DNA from: Flavobacterium sp.
GTDB lineage: Bacteria; Bacteroidota; Bacteroidia; Flavobacteriales; Flavobacteriaceae
Reading direction: 5' to 3'
Assembly (NCBI RefSeq): GCF_032153895.1
Contig: NZ_JALDYN010000011.1
Coordinates: 3,937-67,936, forward strand
DNA length: 64,000 nt
Shown here in pieces: positions 1-9,341 of this stretch; positions within the stretch are counted from its first letter, which is position 1; every line of letters begins with the position of its first letter. Under the pieces are notes generated by a model. That model ran no database searches. It had not been told where the DNA came from and saw only the letters and a list, made by a program, of their open reading frames with translations. Both the position numbers and the translations under genes were made by a program.

Positions 1-459
1 GGTATTGTTACTACTGATATCATGGCGCGTGGTTTAGATATTTCCGATATTACGCACGTGATTAATCTGCAATATTCTGAAGTTCCCGAACAATATATTC
101 ACAGAATTGGTCGTACCGGACGTGCCGACAAAGAAGGTATCGCCATCAGTTTAATTGGTCCGAATGAGGAAGAATTGAAAATTGAAACCGAGCTTTTAAT
201 GGAAAAGGAACTGGAAATTCTGGAAATTCCTTCATCAGTTAAAATCGAAGAAAAACGTTTGGAATTCGAAAAGGAAAAGAAAAAAATCAAATTCCTTTTA
301 AAGAAACCAAAACAAGAAGGCGGCGCCGCTTTCCACGAGAAATCGGATAAAAATAAAAAAGTGAATTTGGGCGGACCGGGAAAACGAACCCCGAGAAAAT
401 CAGCTCCAAGAAACCGTGAAGTGGAACGCAAAAGAGCGCAGAAGAGAAAGAAAAAATAA
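1..459 (+). CDS. DEAD/DEAH-box RNA helicase, C-terminal part (5'-truncated by window edge)
   Basis: Frame is open from base 1: TTDIMARGLD (motif V), YIHRIGRTGRA (motif VI), basic K/R tail. Confidence 0.9.
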   Translation, partial: GIVTTDIMARGLDISDITHVINLQYSEVPEQYIHRIGRTGRADKEGIAISLIGPNEEELKIETELLMEKELEILEIPSSVKIEEKRLEFEKEKKKIKFLLKKPKQEGGAAFHEKSDKNKKVNLGGPGKRTPRKSAPRNREVERKRAQKRKKK

Positions 460-486
460 TTATCTTTGAAAAATCTTTACAACTAA

Positions 487-2415
487 ATGCAATTCAAACA
501 TCCTGAAATTCTGTATTTCCTCTTCCTGTTGGTGATACCAATTTTAGTGCATTTATTTCAGTTGCGACGTTTTAAAAAGGAATATTTTACCAACGTTAAA
601 CTTCTCAAAGAGCTTTCCATACAAACTCGAAAAAGTTCGACCATCAAAAAATGGCTGTTATTAGCAACGCGCTTATTGTTGCTGACTTGCTTGATTTTGG
701 CTTTTGCGCAACCTTTTTTCAAAGCAAAAGATAGTGAAAGCACTGGTAATGAAATGGTTATCATTTTAGACAATTCCTTTTCGATGCAAGCCAAAGGCAG
801 TAAAGGCGAATTACTCAAAAGAGCCGTTCAAGATTTACTGGAAAACACGCCGGAAAAACAAAGATTCTCTTTAGTGACCAACACCGAAACGTTTTGGGAC
901 ACCGATATAAAGTCGCTACAGAAAGATTTACAAAACTTGCAATACAGCTCGACGCCTTTTCAATTAGATTTTTTGCTGACCAAAATCGAAACCAAGAAAC
1001 ACAACATTCCGCTTGATATCGTGGTGATAAGTGATGTCGTTGGAGTTGAACAGAAAGAAGTTCAAAAATTAGCCGAACGAAAATCGGTTTACAGTTTGCT
1101 TCCGGAAGCTGAAAATAAAAACAATATCAGTATTGACAAGGTTTCCATCAGCCAACAACTGGAAAATTTCTATGAAATTAAAGTCGACATTGCTGTTTAC
1201 GGTAAAGTGGATACTGAAATTCCGATGTCGGTTTACAATGGTAACAACTTGATTGCCAAAACATCGGTTAAACCAGACTCGGACAAAAAATCGATCACAT
1301 TTACACTGCCTAAAAAAGATTTTCACGGTTATGTGACAATTGAAGACAACAGTTTGACTTACGACAATCACTATTATTTCAGCATTTCCAAACCTGAAAA
1401 ATCAAATGTTACTGTAATTGGTGATGCTGCTAAAAATCAATTCCTTACCCGAATTTATACCGCCGATGATTTCAATTTCACCAATACTGAATTAAACACT
1501 TTAAACTATAATTCTCTTGAAAATCAAGATGCTGTGGTTTTGAATGAATTGAAAGATATTCCGCAGGCGTTGGGAACAACTTTAAAAGATTTTTACGCAA
1601 AAGGCGGCAATATCGTACTGATTCCTTCTTCGGAAAATTCGGTTCAAAATTTAAATACTTTTTTAGGGAATTTTACCGGATTGAAAGCAAATGCAATTCA
1701 AAATCAGGAAAAACAGATTACGAAAATCGCGTTCAGCCATCCGTTATACCAGACGGTTTTTGAAAAGAAAATTGACAATTTCCAATATCCGAAAGTAAAC
1801 TCGGCATTTACCTTTAACGGTAATACTGCTCCGGTTTTAAGCTACGCAGATCAATCGTTTTTCTTAGGTTCGGTGACCAATAAAATCGGAAACTTTTATG
1901 TGTTTTCCTCGCCGATTAATAAAACGAACAGTAACTTTCAAAATTCGCCATTAATTGTTCCGACGTTTTACAATATGGCGCAAAACAATCAGAAAACCGG
2001 AATTTCTGCTTATACAATCGGAGAAAATGAAAACCTGATTTTAGACGTTTTACTTTCTAAAGATGAAGTAGTTACCATCGCAAATGATGCTTCCGATTTC
2101 ATTCCTATGCAACAGATTCTGAATAATAAAATCAAATTGTCTTTTGGGGATTATCCGGAAACTTCAGGCAATTATTCGGTATTGAAAAACAAAGAAAATT
2201 TAAAAAATATCAGCTTCAATCACGCCCGAACTGAAAGTGATTTGAGCCAACGCAACGACAACTTATTTGATAGTTTTACTTCAGCAGATTCAGTTTCTAC
2301 AGTGTTTGACGACATTCATTCGGCACGAACCGGGAACGAAATCTGGAAGTATTTCATCATCGCAACACTACTCTTTTTATTACTCGAACTACTAATCCAA
2401 AAATTCGTAAAATGA
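487..2415 (+). CDS. BatA-domain / vWA-like membrane protein
   Basis: N-terminal BatA-type segment (MQFKHPEILYFLFLLVIPILVHLF...LRLLLLTCLILAFAQP), vWA-like ILDNSFSM, C-terminal TM helix; ATGA overlap with next gene. Confidence 0.8.
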   Translation: MQFKHPEILYFLFLLVIPILVHLFQLRRFKKEYFTNVKLLKELSIQTRKSSTIKKWLLLATRLLLLTCLILAFAQPFFKAKDSESTGNEMVIILDNSFSMQAKGSKGELLKRAVQDLLENTPEKQRFSLVTNTETFWDTDIKSLQKDLQNLQYSSTPFQLDFLLTKIETKKHNIPLDIVVISDVVGVEQKEVQKLAERKSVYSLLPEAENKNNISIDKVSISQQLENFYEIKVDIAVYGKVDTEIPMSVYNGNNLIAKTSVKPDSDKKSITFTLPKKDFHGYVTIEDNSLTYDNHYYFSISKPEKSNVTVIGDAAKNQFLTRIYTADDFNFTNTELNTLNYNSLENQDAVVLNELKDIPQALGTTLKDFYAKGGNIVLIPSSENSVQNLNTFLGNFTGLKANAIQNQEKQITKIAFSHPLYQTVFEKKIDNFQYPKVNSAFTFNGNTAPVLSYADQSFFLGSVTNKIGNFYVFSSPINKTNSNFQNSPLIVPTFYNMAQNNQKTGISAYTIGENENLILDVLLSKDEVVTIANDASDFIPMQQILNNKIKLSFGDYPETSGNYSVLKNKENLKNISFNHARTESDLSQRNDNLFDSFTSADSVSTVFDDIHSARTGNEIWKYFIIATLLFLLLELLIQKFVK

Positions 2416-3665
2416 ACGTAATTTTTAAAAACGCAACGATACTCGATAAAGAAAGTCCTTTTCACAACCAAAAAGTGGATGTTAAAGTGGAAAACGGCAG
2501 CATCGCAACTATTGGACAAAATCTGTCTTCTGAAAATGGTTTTAAAGTGGTGGAATTAGACAATTTACACCTTTCGCAAGGTTGGTTCGATTCGTCGGTT
2601 TCGTTTGGCGAACCGGGTTTTGAAGACCGCGAAACTATCGCTAACGGTTTGAACACTGCAGCAAAAAGCGGATTTACGAACGTGGCGCTGCAACCCAATT
2701 CCTTTCCGGTAATCGATAACCAATCGCAAGTGAGTTTTGTTCTGAATAAATCAAACGGTTTTGCTACCCAATTGCATCCAATCGGAGCGTTTACAAAAAA
2801 CAGCGAAGGAACCGATTTAGCCGAAATGTTCGACATGAAAAATGCCGAAGCGGTTGCTTTTGGGGATTATAATAAGAACATCGACAACGCCAATATTTTA
2901 AAAATCGGTTTACAATATGTTCAGGATTTCAACGGATTAGTGATTGCCTACTGTCAGGACAAAACCATCAAAGGAAACGGTGTAGTTCATGAAGGTTTGG
3001 TGAGTACGCGATTAGGATTGAAAGGAATTCCTGCTTTGGCAGAAGAATTGGAAGTAGCCCGAAACTTGTTTTTATTGGAATATTCCGGTGGAAAAATGCA
3101 TATTCCGACAATTTCTACTGCAAAATCGGTGGAATTGATTAAAGCTGCAAAGGCTAAAGGACTGAACGTAACTTGTTCTGTAGCAATACACAATTTAGTT
3201 TTAACCGATGACGTTTTGAGCGGATTCGATTCAAGATATAAAGTAACACCACCATTACGCGACGAGAACCACAGAAAAGCTCTTATTGAAGGCATTTTAG
3301 ACGGAACGATTGACATGATTACTTCCGACCACAACCCAATTGATATTGAATTTAAAAAGATGGAATTCGACAATGCTAAAAACGGAACTATCGGTTTGGA
3401 AAGTGCTTTCGGGGCATTGCAGACTATTTTACCTACTGACGTTATCGTTGAAAAACTAACCAAAGGAAAATCGGTATTCGGAATTGAATCATCGGCAATT
3501 AAAGAAGGAAATAAAGCTTCTTTCACATTATTCACCACAGCAGGAAATTGGGAATTTACCAAAGAAAATATTCTTTCAAAATCTAAAAATTCTGCGTTCT
3601 TAGGCCAACCGATGAAAGGTCGCGCCTACGGAATTTACAATAACGGACAATTAATCTTAAACTAA
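2412..3665 (+). CDS. Dihydroorotase-family protein, probably catalytically inactive (PyrC'-like)
   Basis: Amidohydrolase/DHOase motifs EPG, AAKSGFT, PPLR, TSDHNP, GTIGLE; the HxH metal motif reads SVS. Confidence 0.8.
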   Translation: MNVIFKNATILDKESPFHNQKVDVKVENGSIATIGQNLSSENGFKVVELDNLHLSQGWFDSSVSFGEPGFEDRETIANGLNTAAKSGFTNVALQPNSFPVIDNQSQVSFVLNKSNGFATQLHPIGAFTKNSEGTDLAEMFDMKNAEAVAFGDYNKNIDNANILKIGLQYVQDFNGLVIAYCQDKTIKGNGVVHEGLVSTRLGLKGIPALAEELEVARNLFLLEYSGGKMHIPTISTAKSVELIKAAKAKGLNVTCSVAIHNLVLTDDVLSGFDSRYKVTPPLRDENHRKALIEGILDGTIDMITSDHNPIDIEFKKMEFDNAKNGTIGLESAFGALQTILPTDVIVEKLTKGKSVFGIESSAIKEGNKASFTLFTTAGNWEFTKENILSKSKNSAFLGQPMKGRAYGIYNNGQLILN

Positions 3666-3670
3666 TCGTC

Positions 3671-3997
3671 ATGGAAAACAACACGGTAGAACAAGGAAAA
3701 ACTACGGCAATTATAAGTTATCTAACCATTTTGGGAAGTATCATTGCGATTTTCATGAATCTGGAACCGAAAAATTCGTTTGCCAAATTCCACATTCGTC
3801 AGGCGTTGGGAATCAATTTAATGTTTTGGGTATTAGGCTATTTCATTGGCTATTTTGACAGTTGGATGATTTCATCTGCCTTCTATGTTTTTGGATTCAT
3901 TTTATGGGTTTATGGTTTTATTGCTGCTGTTCAAGGTGAAGAAAAAGTAACGCCTTTGGTTGGTTCTTATTTCCAAGATTGGTTTAAAAATTTATAA
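3671..3997 (+). CDS. DUF4870/Tic20-like small membrane protein
   Basis: Three TM segments; AIISYLT...FAKFHIRQALG...P pattern. Confidence 0.7.
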   Translation: MENNTVEQGKTTAIISYLTILGSIIAIFMNLEPKNSFAKFHIRQALGINLMFWVLGYFIGYFDSWMISSAFYVFGFILWVYGFIAAVQGEEKVTPLVGSYFQDWFKNL

Positions 3998-4000
3998 TTC

Positions 4001-4645
4001 ATGAGTTTTTCATTATATCATTTAGTTCGAGAACCAAAGGTTAAACTCGACAAAAACCCATTATTGCTATTGTTACACGGTTACGGTAGTAATGAAGAAG
4101 ATTTGTTTTCTTTTGCTTCGGAATTACCTGAAGAATATTATGTCATTTCAGCTCGTGCACCCTATTCACTTCCACCGTACGGAAATGCTTGGTATGCCAT
4201 TCATTTTGATGCCGATGAGAACAAATTTTCCGATAATGACCAAGCGCGTGATTCCCGTGATTTGATTGCGAATTTCATTGATGAACTAATTGCAAATTAC
4301 CCAATTGACAAAGACAAAGTTACTTTAATTGGATTTAGTCAAGGAGCTATTTTAAGTTATAGTGTTGCGCTTTCGTTTCCTGAAAAAGTACAGCGTGTAG
4401 TAGCTTTAAGCGGTTATCTGAATTTAGATATTATTGACGAGAACTTCCGAAACAACAATATTAGCGATTTAAAATTCTTCATTTCCCACGGAACCGTTGA
4501 TCAGGTTATTCCAGTGGATTGGGCACGAAAGGCACCAGAATTTTTAAAAGATTTAGGCTTAGACATAGTCTACAAAGAATATCCCGTAGGTCACGGTGTA
4601 GCACCACAAAATTTTTACGATTTCAAGAACTGGTTACAGTCTTAA
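4001..4645 (+). CDS. Alpha/beta hydrolase, phospholipase/carboxylesterase family
   Basis: LLHGYGS, nucleophile GFSQG, HGTVD, GH triad. Confidence 0.9.
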   Translation: MSFSLYHLVREPKVKLDKNPLLLLLHGYGSNEEDLFSFASELPEEYYVISARAPYSLPPYGNAWYAIHFDADENKFSDNDQARDSRDLIANFIDELIANYPIDKDKVTLIGFSQGAILSYSVALSFPEKVQRVVALSGYLNLDIIDENFRNNNISDLKFFISHGTVDQVIPVDWARKAPEFLKDLGLDIVYKEYPVGHGVAPQNFYDFKNWLQS

Positions 4646-4647
4646 AT

Positions 4648-4680
4648 AAAAATCCCGCTTTAATTTAAGCGGGATTTTTT
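4648..4680. terminator. Bidirectional intrinsic terminator
   Basis: AAAAATCCCGCTT-loop-AAGCGGGATTTTT between convergent genes. Confidence 0.85.
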
Positions 4681-5189
4681 TATTGTTCTACTTTATCGCT
4701 GCCGACAAATTTCTTTTCTTGTGCAATGGCCGAAACGTATTGAATTTCAGTTCCTTTCTTAAGCACGTAACCTTTCCAGGATTCCAGCATCCAATCGTTG
4801 TTTACATAAGGTTTTCCTTCGCTTTCTCTTTTCAGTATGATTGATTTGGAAGACGTTGGTAAAAACAATTCGGCTTTGTCTTGCTCTTCGTTGAAAATGA
4901 TATAAGCATTCAAGGTTGCTTGCTCATTGTCTTCTTCAGTTGCTTCAGCTTCATTTTTATAAGGAGCCAAACGATAACCTTCTTCGAAAACACGAATACA
5001 ACCGTTTTTAATTTCAGACCACATATAGCCCGCCGAAGTCACACAGCCTTTTTCGTCTTTATCCGTACCTAAAACGACTTTTTTATCTCCTAAATCTACT
5101 TCGTTATCTTTATCTCGCGGCTTCAAAATCAAGTCGCAAGACGCCAATAAAAAAGGGATGATAACTACTATGAATAAATTTCTTTTCAT
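4680..5189 (-). CDS. Hypothetical lipoprotein
   Basis: Lipobox LLASC; DEKGCVTSAGYMWS motif. Confidence 0.75.
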   Translation of the reverse strand: MKRNLFIVVIIPFLLASCDLILKPRDKDNEVDLGDKKVVLGTDKDEKGCVTSAGYMWSEIKNGCIRVFEEGYRLAPYKNEAEATEEDNEQATLNAYIIFNEEQDKAELFLPTSSKSIILKRESEGKPYVNNDWMLESWKGYVLKKGTEIQYVSAIAQEKKFVGSDKVEQ

Positions 5190-5231
5190 GATTCGAAAAT
5201 AGCGGTTAATTAAAACTCGAAAAACAACAAA

Positions 5232-5735
5232 TTATTGTCCTGGTTTTCTCGGTTGATGCAAAAGCGTTTGTATCGTTTCAAAATCGGTTGGTTTTCCTTC
5301 ATTCAGGAATTATTTGATTAGAATTTCACCGCGAAAATTTCCGGAATACACATCGGCTATAATCCATCGGTGATTAATGATTTTAAATTTGTTGATGATG
5401 AATTTATTCCCGTCAATGGCATCATACGGCACTAAACGATTCCCCTTCGGATCATCATTCAAGGCCAATAACTCATTGCGAAGTTGCTCCGTAAGCTCAG
5501 TAATACTATAATTTTCCAGATAATTCTGAGATTCATCGTTCATTTCCAAAGAAAAATAATTCGCGTCAATCATCTGATTGTAAACAATGTTCGACGAATC
5601 GCGTACCATTTTAATTTTGGCATCACAATTTTCAATCTCTTTGCTTTGGGTTTTTAGAATCTTTGTCGAATTCATATATTGAAAAATGTTGAACAACAAA
5701 GACAAAATGAACAGATATAAGACGATTTTTTTCAT
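5232..5735 (-). pseudogene. Hypothetical exported protein interrupted by an in-frame TAA at 5310-5312 (track ORF 5310..5735)
   Basis: After GEILIK-TAA the same frame continues FLNEGKPTDFETIQTLLHQPRKPGQ-TAA (5232); signal-anchor N-terminus. Confidence 0.55.
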
Positions 5736-5739
5736 GGTT

Positions 5740-6504
5740 TTAAATTGTAATTTCTAAATTATCGTAAGCCAAAAATACGTTTTTCGGCAGTTTTTTTTCT
5801 ACTTCTTGGTGAAAACCTAGCAAATGACTGATGTGCGTTAAATAAGTTCGCTCCGGTTTGATTAGTTCTACGAAAGCCAAGGCTTCTTCCAAATTGAAAT
5901 GCGTCGCATGTGGTTCTTCACGCAAAGCGTTAATTACCAAAACCTTAACACCTTTCAATTTTTCAATTTCGGCATCATCTATGGTTTTTACATCCGTTAA
6001 ATACGCAAAATCGTCCACCCGAAATCCGAAAACCTGCAAATCACCATGCCACACATTAATCGGAATTGCTTTTTTATCACCAATAATGACCGTTTCTTGT
6101 TCTTGTATTTCAAATTCCTGAACAGATGGTGCTCCCGGATAACGGTTTTCAGTCGCAAATATGTATCCGAAACGTTGGTGTAAATTATTCAAAACTCGTT
6201 GATGTGCATAAATCGGTAAATCGCCCTGACGAAAATTATACGGACGAATATCATCTAAACCCGCAGTATGATCGGCGTGTTCGTGGGTAAAAAGGATTCC
6301 GTCGAGTCTTGTGCATCCGCATGCTAACATCTGTTGACGAAAATCGGGACCACAATCAATTACATACGAAAATTCTCCCCAATGCAACCAAACAGAAACC
6401 CGCAAACGCTTGTCTTTTGGGTCATTACTTAAACAAACAGGATGATTGCTCCCGATTACCGGAATACCCTGCGATGTACCTGTTCCCAAAAAATATACTT
6501 TCAA
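5740..6504 (-). CDS. MBL-fold metallo-hydrolase (PhnP-like phosphodiesterase)
   Basis: LGTGTS, IDCGPD, THEHADH, THISH motifs; TTG start. Confidence 0.9.
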   Translation of the reverse strand: MKVYFLGTGTSQGIPVIGSNHPVCLSNDPKDKRLRVSVWLHWGEFSYVIDCGPDFRQQMLACGCTRLDGILFTHEHADHTAGLDDIRPYNFRQGDLPIYAHQRVLNNLHQRFGYIFATENRYPGAPSVQEFEIQEQETVIIGDKKAIPINVWHGDLQVFGFRVDDFAYLTDVKTIDDAEIEKLKGVKVLVINALREEPHATHFNLEEALAFVELIKPERTYLTHISHLLGFHQEVEKKLPKNVFLAYDNLEITI

Positions 6505-6519
6505 ACGGATGATTTTTTA

Positions 6520-6570
6520 CAAAAATAGAATTATTTATCTTTTGTAAAAATAGCTATTTTGTTAACTTTG
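6520..6570. promoter_or_regulatory. Divergent Bacteroidota sigma70-type -7 boxes: TATTTTTG (-, 6520-6527) and TAACTTTG (+, 6563-6570)
   Basis: Match to TAnnTTTG just upstream of both divergent starts. Confidence 0.7.
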
Positions 6571-6588
6571 TCAATATCTATTGAAAAC

Positions 6589-8055
6589 ATGAAGATTACC
6601 GAAGGAGAATTGATATTAAAAGGCGACCGAATAATTGAGCACGTTCCCGCCATTGCCGATAAGGCTTTACGAATAAATCTAAACAAAAACATTTACGGAA
6701 CTTTTGCCGAAATTGGTGCGGGTCAGGAAACGGTTCGTCACTTTTTCCGTGCGGGTGCTTCATCCGGAACGATTGCAAAAGCGATGTCTGCCTATGACAA
6801 AGACTTCAGTGACGCCATTTACGGTATCGAAGAAGACGGTCGTTATGTAACCGAAAGCCGTTTGCGTAAAATGTTAGCCCACGAAACTCGTTTGATTGAA
6901 GAACGTTTGGGGCGTGAAAAACATCCGGAAAAATTATTCTTCAGTTATGCTAATACTGTTGCGACCATAGATTTTGCAAAGCAATTCAAAGGTCATGGTT
7001 GGATGGGCATTAAATTTCAGGTAGATCCGGGAGAAGATTACAACGAGATTATCCTTCACATTCGTTTCAAAGAAAATGATTCCAAATTACAACAGGAAAC
7101 CCTTGGTATTCTTGGCGTTAACTTGATATACGGTGCTTTTTACAAGCACAATGATCCGAAAAAACTCTTACGTTATTTGTACGACCATTTGGATAAAGAC
7201 CAATTGGAAATTGATACAATCAACTTTTCCGGACCGAAATTCAAAGACGTTGACAACCGTTTGATGAGTTTACAATTGGTTAAAAACGGAATGACCGAAG
7301 CCGTAATGTTCGGACCTGACGGTAATAATGTTTTACCAGCTGCGGTATTGTACAAGAAAAATATTTTGGCCCTACGCGGAAGTTTCCGACCGGTTACCAA
7401 AGTAAATATGGACATGTACGAGAAGTCGTTGGAGATGTTTTTGCAGGAGAAAAAAGTGGATAAAGAAAATGCCTTGGTAGTTTTCGAAATTACACTTTCC
7501 AATTTGCGCTCTGAAGGAGAAATCGACGAGCGTGACTTCATGGACAGAGCTGAATTGCTGTGTTCTTTAGGACAAACCGTAATGATTTCCAATTTCCAGG
7601 AATACTACAAAGTAGTGGAATATTTCTCCGAATATACCAAAGCCCGCATGGGATTAGCCATGGGTGTCAGCAACTTAATTGACATTTTCGACGAAAAGTA
7701 TTACCGTCATTTGAGTGGTGGAATTCTGGAAGCTTTCGGAAAATTATTCTACCGCGATTTAAAAGTATTCTTGTATCCGATGGAAGAAAACGGCGAAGTA
7801 ATCAATTCGCAAAACTTAAAAGTACATCCGCGTATGAAAGAATTGTACAAATTCTTCGCTTACAACGGAAAAGTATTGGATATCACGGATTTCGATAAAG
7901 ACCACCTTAAAATATTCTCCCGTGAAGTTTTAAAACTGATTTCAAAAGAAAAATCGGGTTGGGAAGACATGCTACCGGAAGGTATTGCGGAAATCATCAA
8001 GAAAAACAACCTATTCGGTTGTGGTGAAAAGAAGGAACTGGAAGAAGCAGAATAG
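6589..8055 (+). CDS. CinA/PncC-like plus NadD-like (nicotinate-nucleotide adenylyltransferase-like) two-domain protein with degenerate motifs
   Basis: N-terminal AEIGAGQE...SAYDKDFSDAIYG resembles PncC; RGSFRPVTKVN sits at the HIGH-motif position. ATG 6589 preferred to the track's TTG 6559. Confidence 0.65.
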   Translation: MKITEGELILKGDRIIEHVPAIADKALRINLNKNIYGTFAEIGAGQETVRHFFRAGASSGTIAKAMSAYDKDFSDAIYGIEEDGRYVTESRLRKMLAHETRLIEERLGREKHPEKLFFSYANTVATIDFAKQFKGHGWMGIKFQVDPGEDYNEIILHIRFKENDSKLQQETLGILGVNLIYGAFYKHNDPKKLLRYLYDHLDKDQLEIDTINFSGPKFKDVDNRLMSLQLVKNGMTEAVMFGPDGNNVLPAAVLYKKNILALRGSFRPVTKVNMDMYEKSLEMFLQEKKVDKENALVVFEITLSNLRSEGEIDERDFMDRAELLCSLGQTVMISNFQEYYKVVEYFSEYTKARMGLAMGVSNLIDIFDEKYYRHLSGGILEAFGKLFYRDLKVFLYPMEENGEVINSQNLKVHPRMKELYKFFAYNGKVLDITDFDKDHLKIFSREVLKLISKEKSGWEDMLPEGIAEIIKKNNLFGCGEKKELEEAE

Positions 8056-8059
8056 TTTG

Positions 8060-8135
8060 CAGTATTCAGTGGTCAGTTTGCAGTTGTAATACAGGCCACT
8101 GAATACTGAACACTCCTCACTTTTTACTGAACACT
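8060..8135. repeat. CAGT/ACTG-based intergenic inverted repeat
   Basis: CAGTATTCAGTGG (8060-8072) / CCACTGAATACTG (8096-8108), plus two ACTGAACACT copies. Confidence 0.7.
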
Positions 8136-8582
8136 TAATATCTGAGCGCTGTGCTCTTTGGTTTTTACTTTCGTAATTACTTCGTCGATGATTCCTTTTT
8201 CGTTAATGATGAAAGTCGTTCGGTGGATTCCGTCAAACTCGCGCCCCATGAATTTCTTTGGTCCCCAAACCCCGAAAGTTTCAATCAGTTTTTTATCTTC
8301 ATCCGCCAATAACGGAAACGGCAATTCAAATTTGTTCTTGAAATTCGACTGCTTTTTTTGCGTATCGGCACTCACACCCAACAACGAATAACCTGCTTTT
8401 ACTAATTCCGAATAATTATCCCTCAAATTACAAACTTCGATAGTACAACTTGGCGTGTTCGCAGCAGGATAAAAGAAAACGATTAACTTCTTTCCTTTAT
8501 AATCCGATAGTTTATGTGCAATTCCGTCTTGGTCAACCGCAGTGAAATTTGGTGCTTTGTCACCTTTTTGAAGCATTTTCAT
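8124..8582 (-). CDS. bcp: Thioredoxin-dependent thiol peroxidase Bcp
   Basis: FYPAANTPSCTIEVC, GVSAD, FPLLAD, RTTFII. Confidence 0.92.
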   Translation of the reverse strand: MKMLQKGDKAPNFTAVDQDGIAHKLSDYKGKKLIVFFYPAANTPSCTIEVCNLRDNYSELVKAGYSLLGVSADTQKKQSNFKNKFELPFPLLADEDKKLIETFGVWGPKKFMGREFDGIHRTTFIINEKGIIDEVITKVKTKEHSAQILSVQ

Positions 8583-8651
8583 TATATTTTTATTTGAATG
8601 GTATAAAGTTTAAATTTGTTCAAAGTTGCCACATTTTCTAATAATAAAAAA

Positions 8652-9305
8652 ATGACTAAAGACGAAAAAGTACAATTTATCATCAATACTCTCAACGAAT
8701 TGTATCCTGAAATACCGATTCCGCTAGATCATAAAGACGCTTATACGTTGTTAATTGCAGTTTTGCTTTCGGCGCAATGTACCGATGTTCGGGTAAATCA
8801 GATTACACCAATTTTATTTGCCAAAGCCGATAATCCGTACGATATGGTCAAACTATCAGTGGAAGAAATTAAAGAAATCATCAAACCTTGTGGCCTTTCT
8901 CCAATGAAATCAAAAGGAATTCACGGATTATCTGAAATTTTGATTGAAAAGCACAACGGTGAAGTTCCTCAGAGTTTTGAAGCTTTGGAAGCATTACCGG
9001 CGGTTGGTCATAAAACGGCAAGTGTGGTGATGAGTCAGGCTTTCGGAGTTCCTGCATTTCCGGTAGACACACATATTCATCGATTGATGTATCGATGGAA
9101 TTTAACCAATGGAAAAAATGTTCAACAAACTGAAAAAGATGCCAAACGAATCTTCCCGGAAGAACTTTGGAACGATTTACACCTTCAGATTATCTGGTAC
9201 GGACGAGAATATTCACCGGCTCGCGGCTGGAATTTAGACAAAGACATTATCACCAAAACCATTGGGCGAAAAACGGTAATTGACGAGTATCACAAAGGGA
9301 AATAA
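8652..9305 (+). CDS. nth: Endonuclease III (HhH-GPD glycosylase) lacking the C-terminal 4Fe-4S motif
   Basis: LLSAQCTD, LPAVGHKTA, VDTH; TAAATTTG promoter at 8611-8618. Confidence 0.9.
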   Translation: MTKDEKVQFIINTLNELYPEIPIPLDHKDAYTLLIAVLLSAQCTDVRVNQITPILFAKADNPYDMVKLSVEEIKEIIKPCGLSPMKSKGIHGLSEILIEKHNGEVPQSFEALEALPAVGHKTASVVMSQAFGVPAFPVDTHIHRLMYRWNLTNGKNVQQTEKDAKRIFPEELWNDLHLQIIWYGREYSPARGWNLDKDIITKTIGRKTVIDEYHKGK

Positions 9306-9309
9306 ACAA

Positions 9310-9340
9310 GAAATGCCCCGATTTCTTATCGAGGCATTTC
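9310..9340 (-). terminator. Intrinsic terminator of the sigma/small-ORF transcript
   Basis: GAAATGCC-CGAT / ATCG-GGCATTTC stem; the mismatch is a G.U pair only on the - strand and is followed by TTGTTT. Confidence 0.7.
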
Positions 9341-9341
9341 C

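Noticed and set aside
6559-6588. Upstream TTG starts in the track (6559, 8616, 10416, 20028, 51047, 58965)
   Set aside because: Most extensions overlap the TAnnTTTG promoter/5'-UTR region, and all have a better-fitting ATG just downstream.
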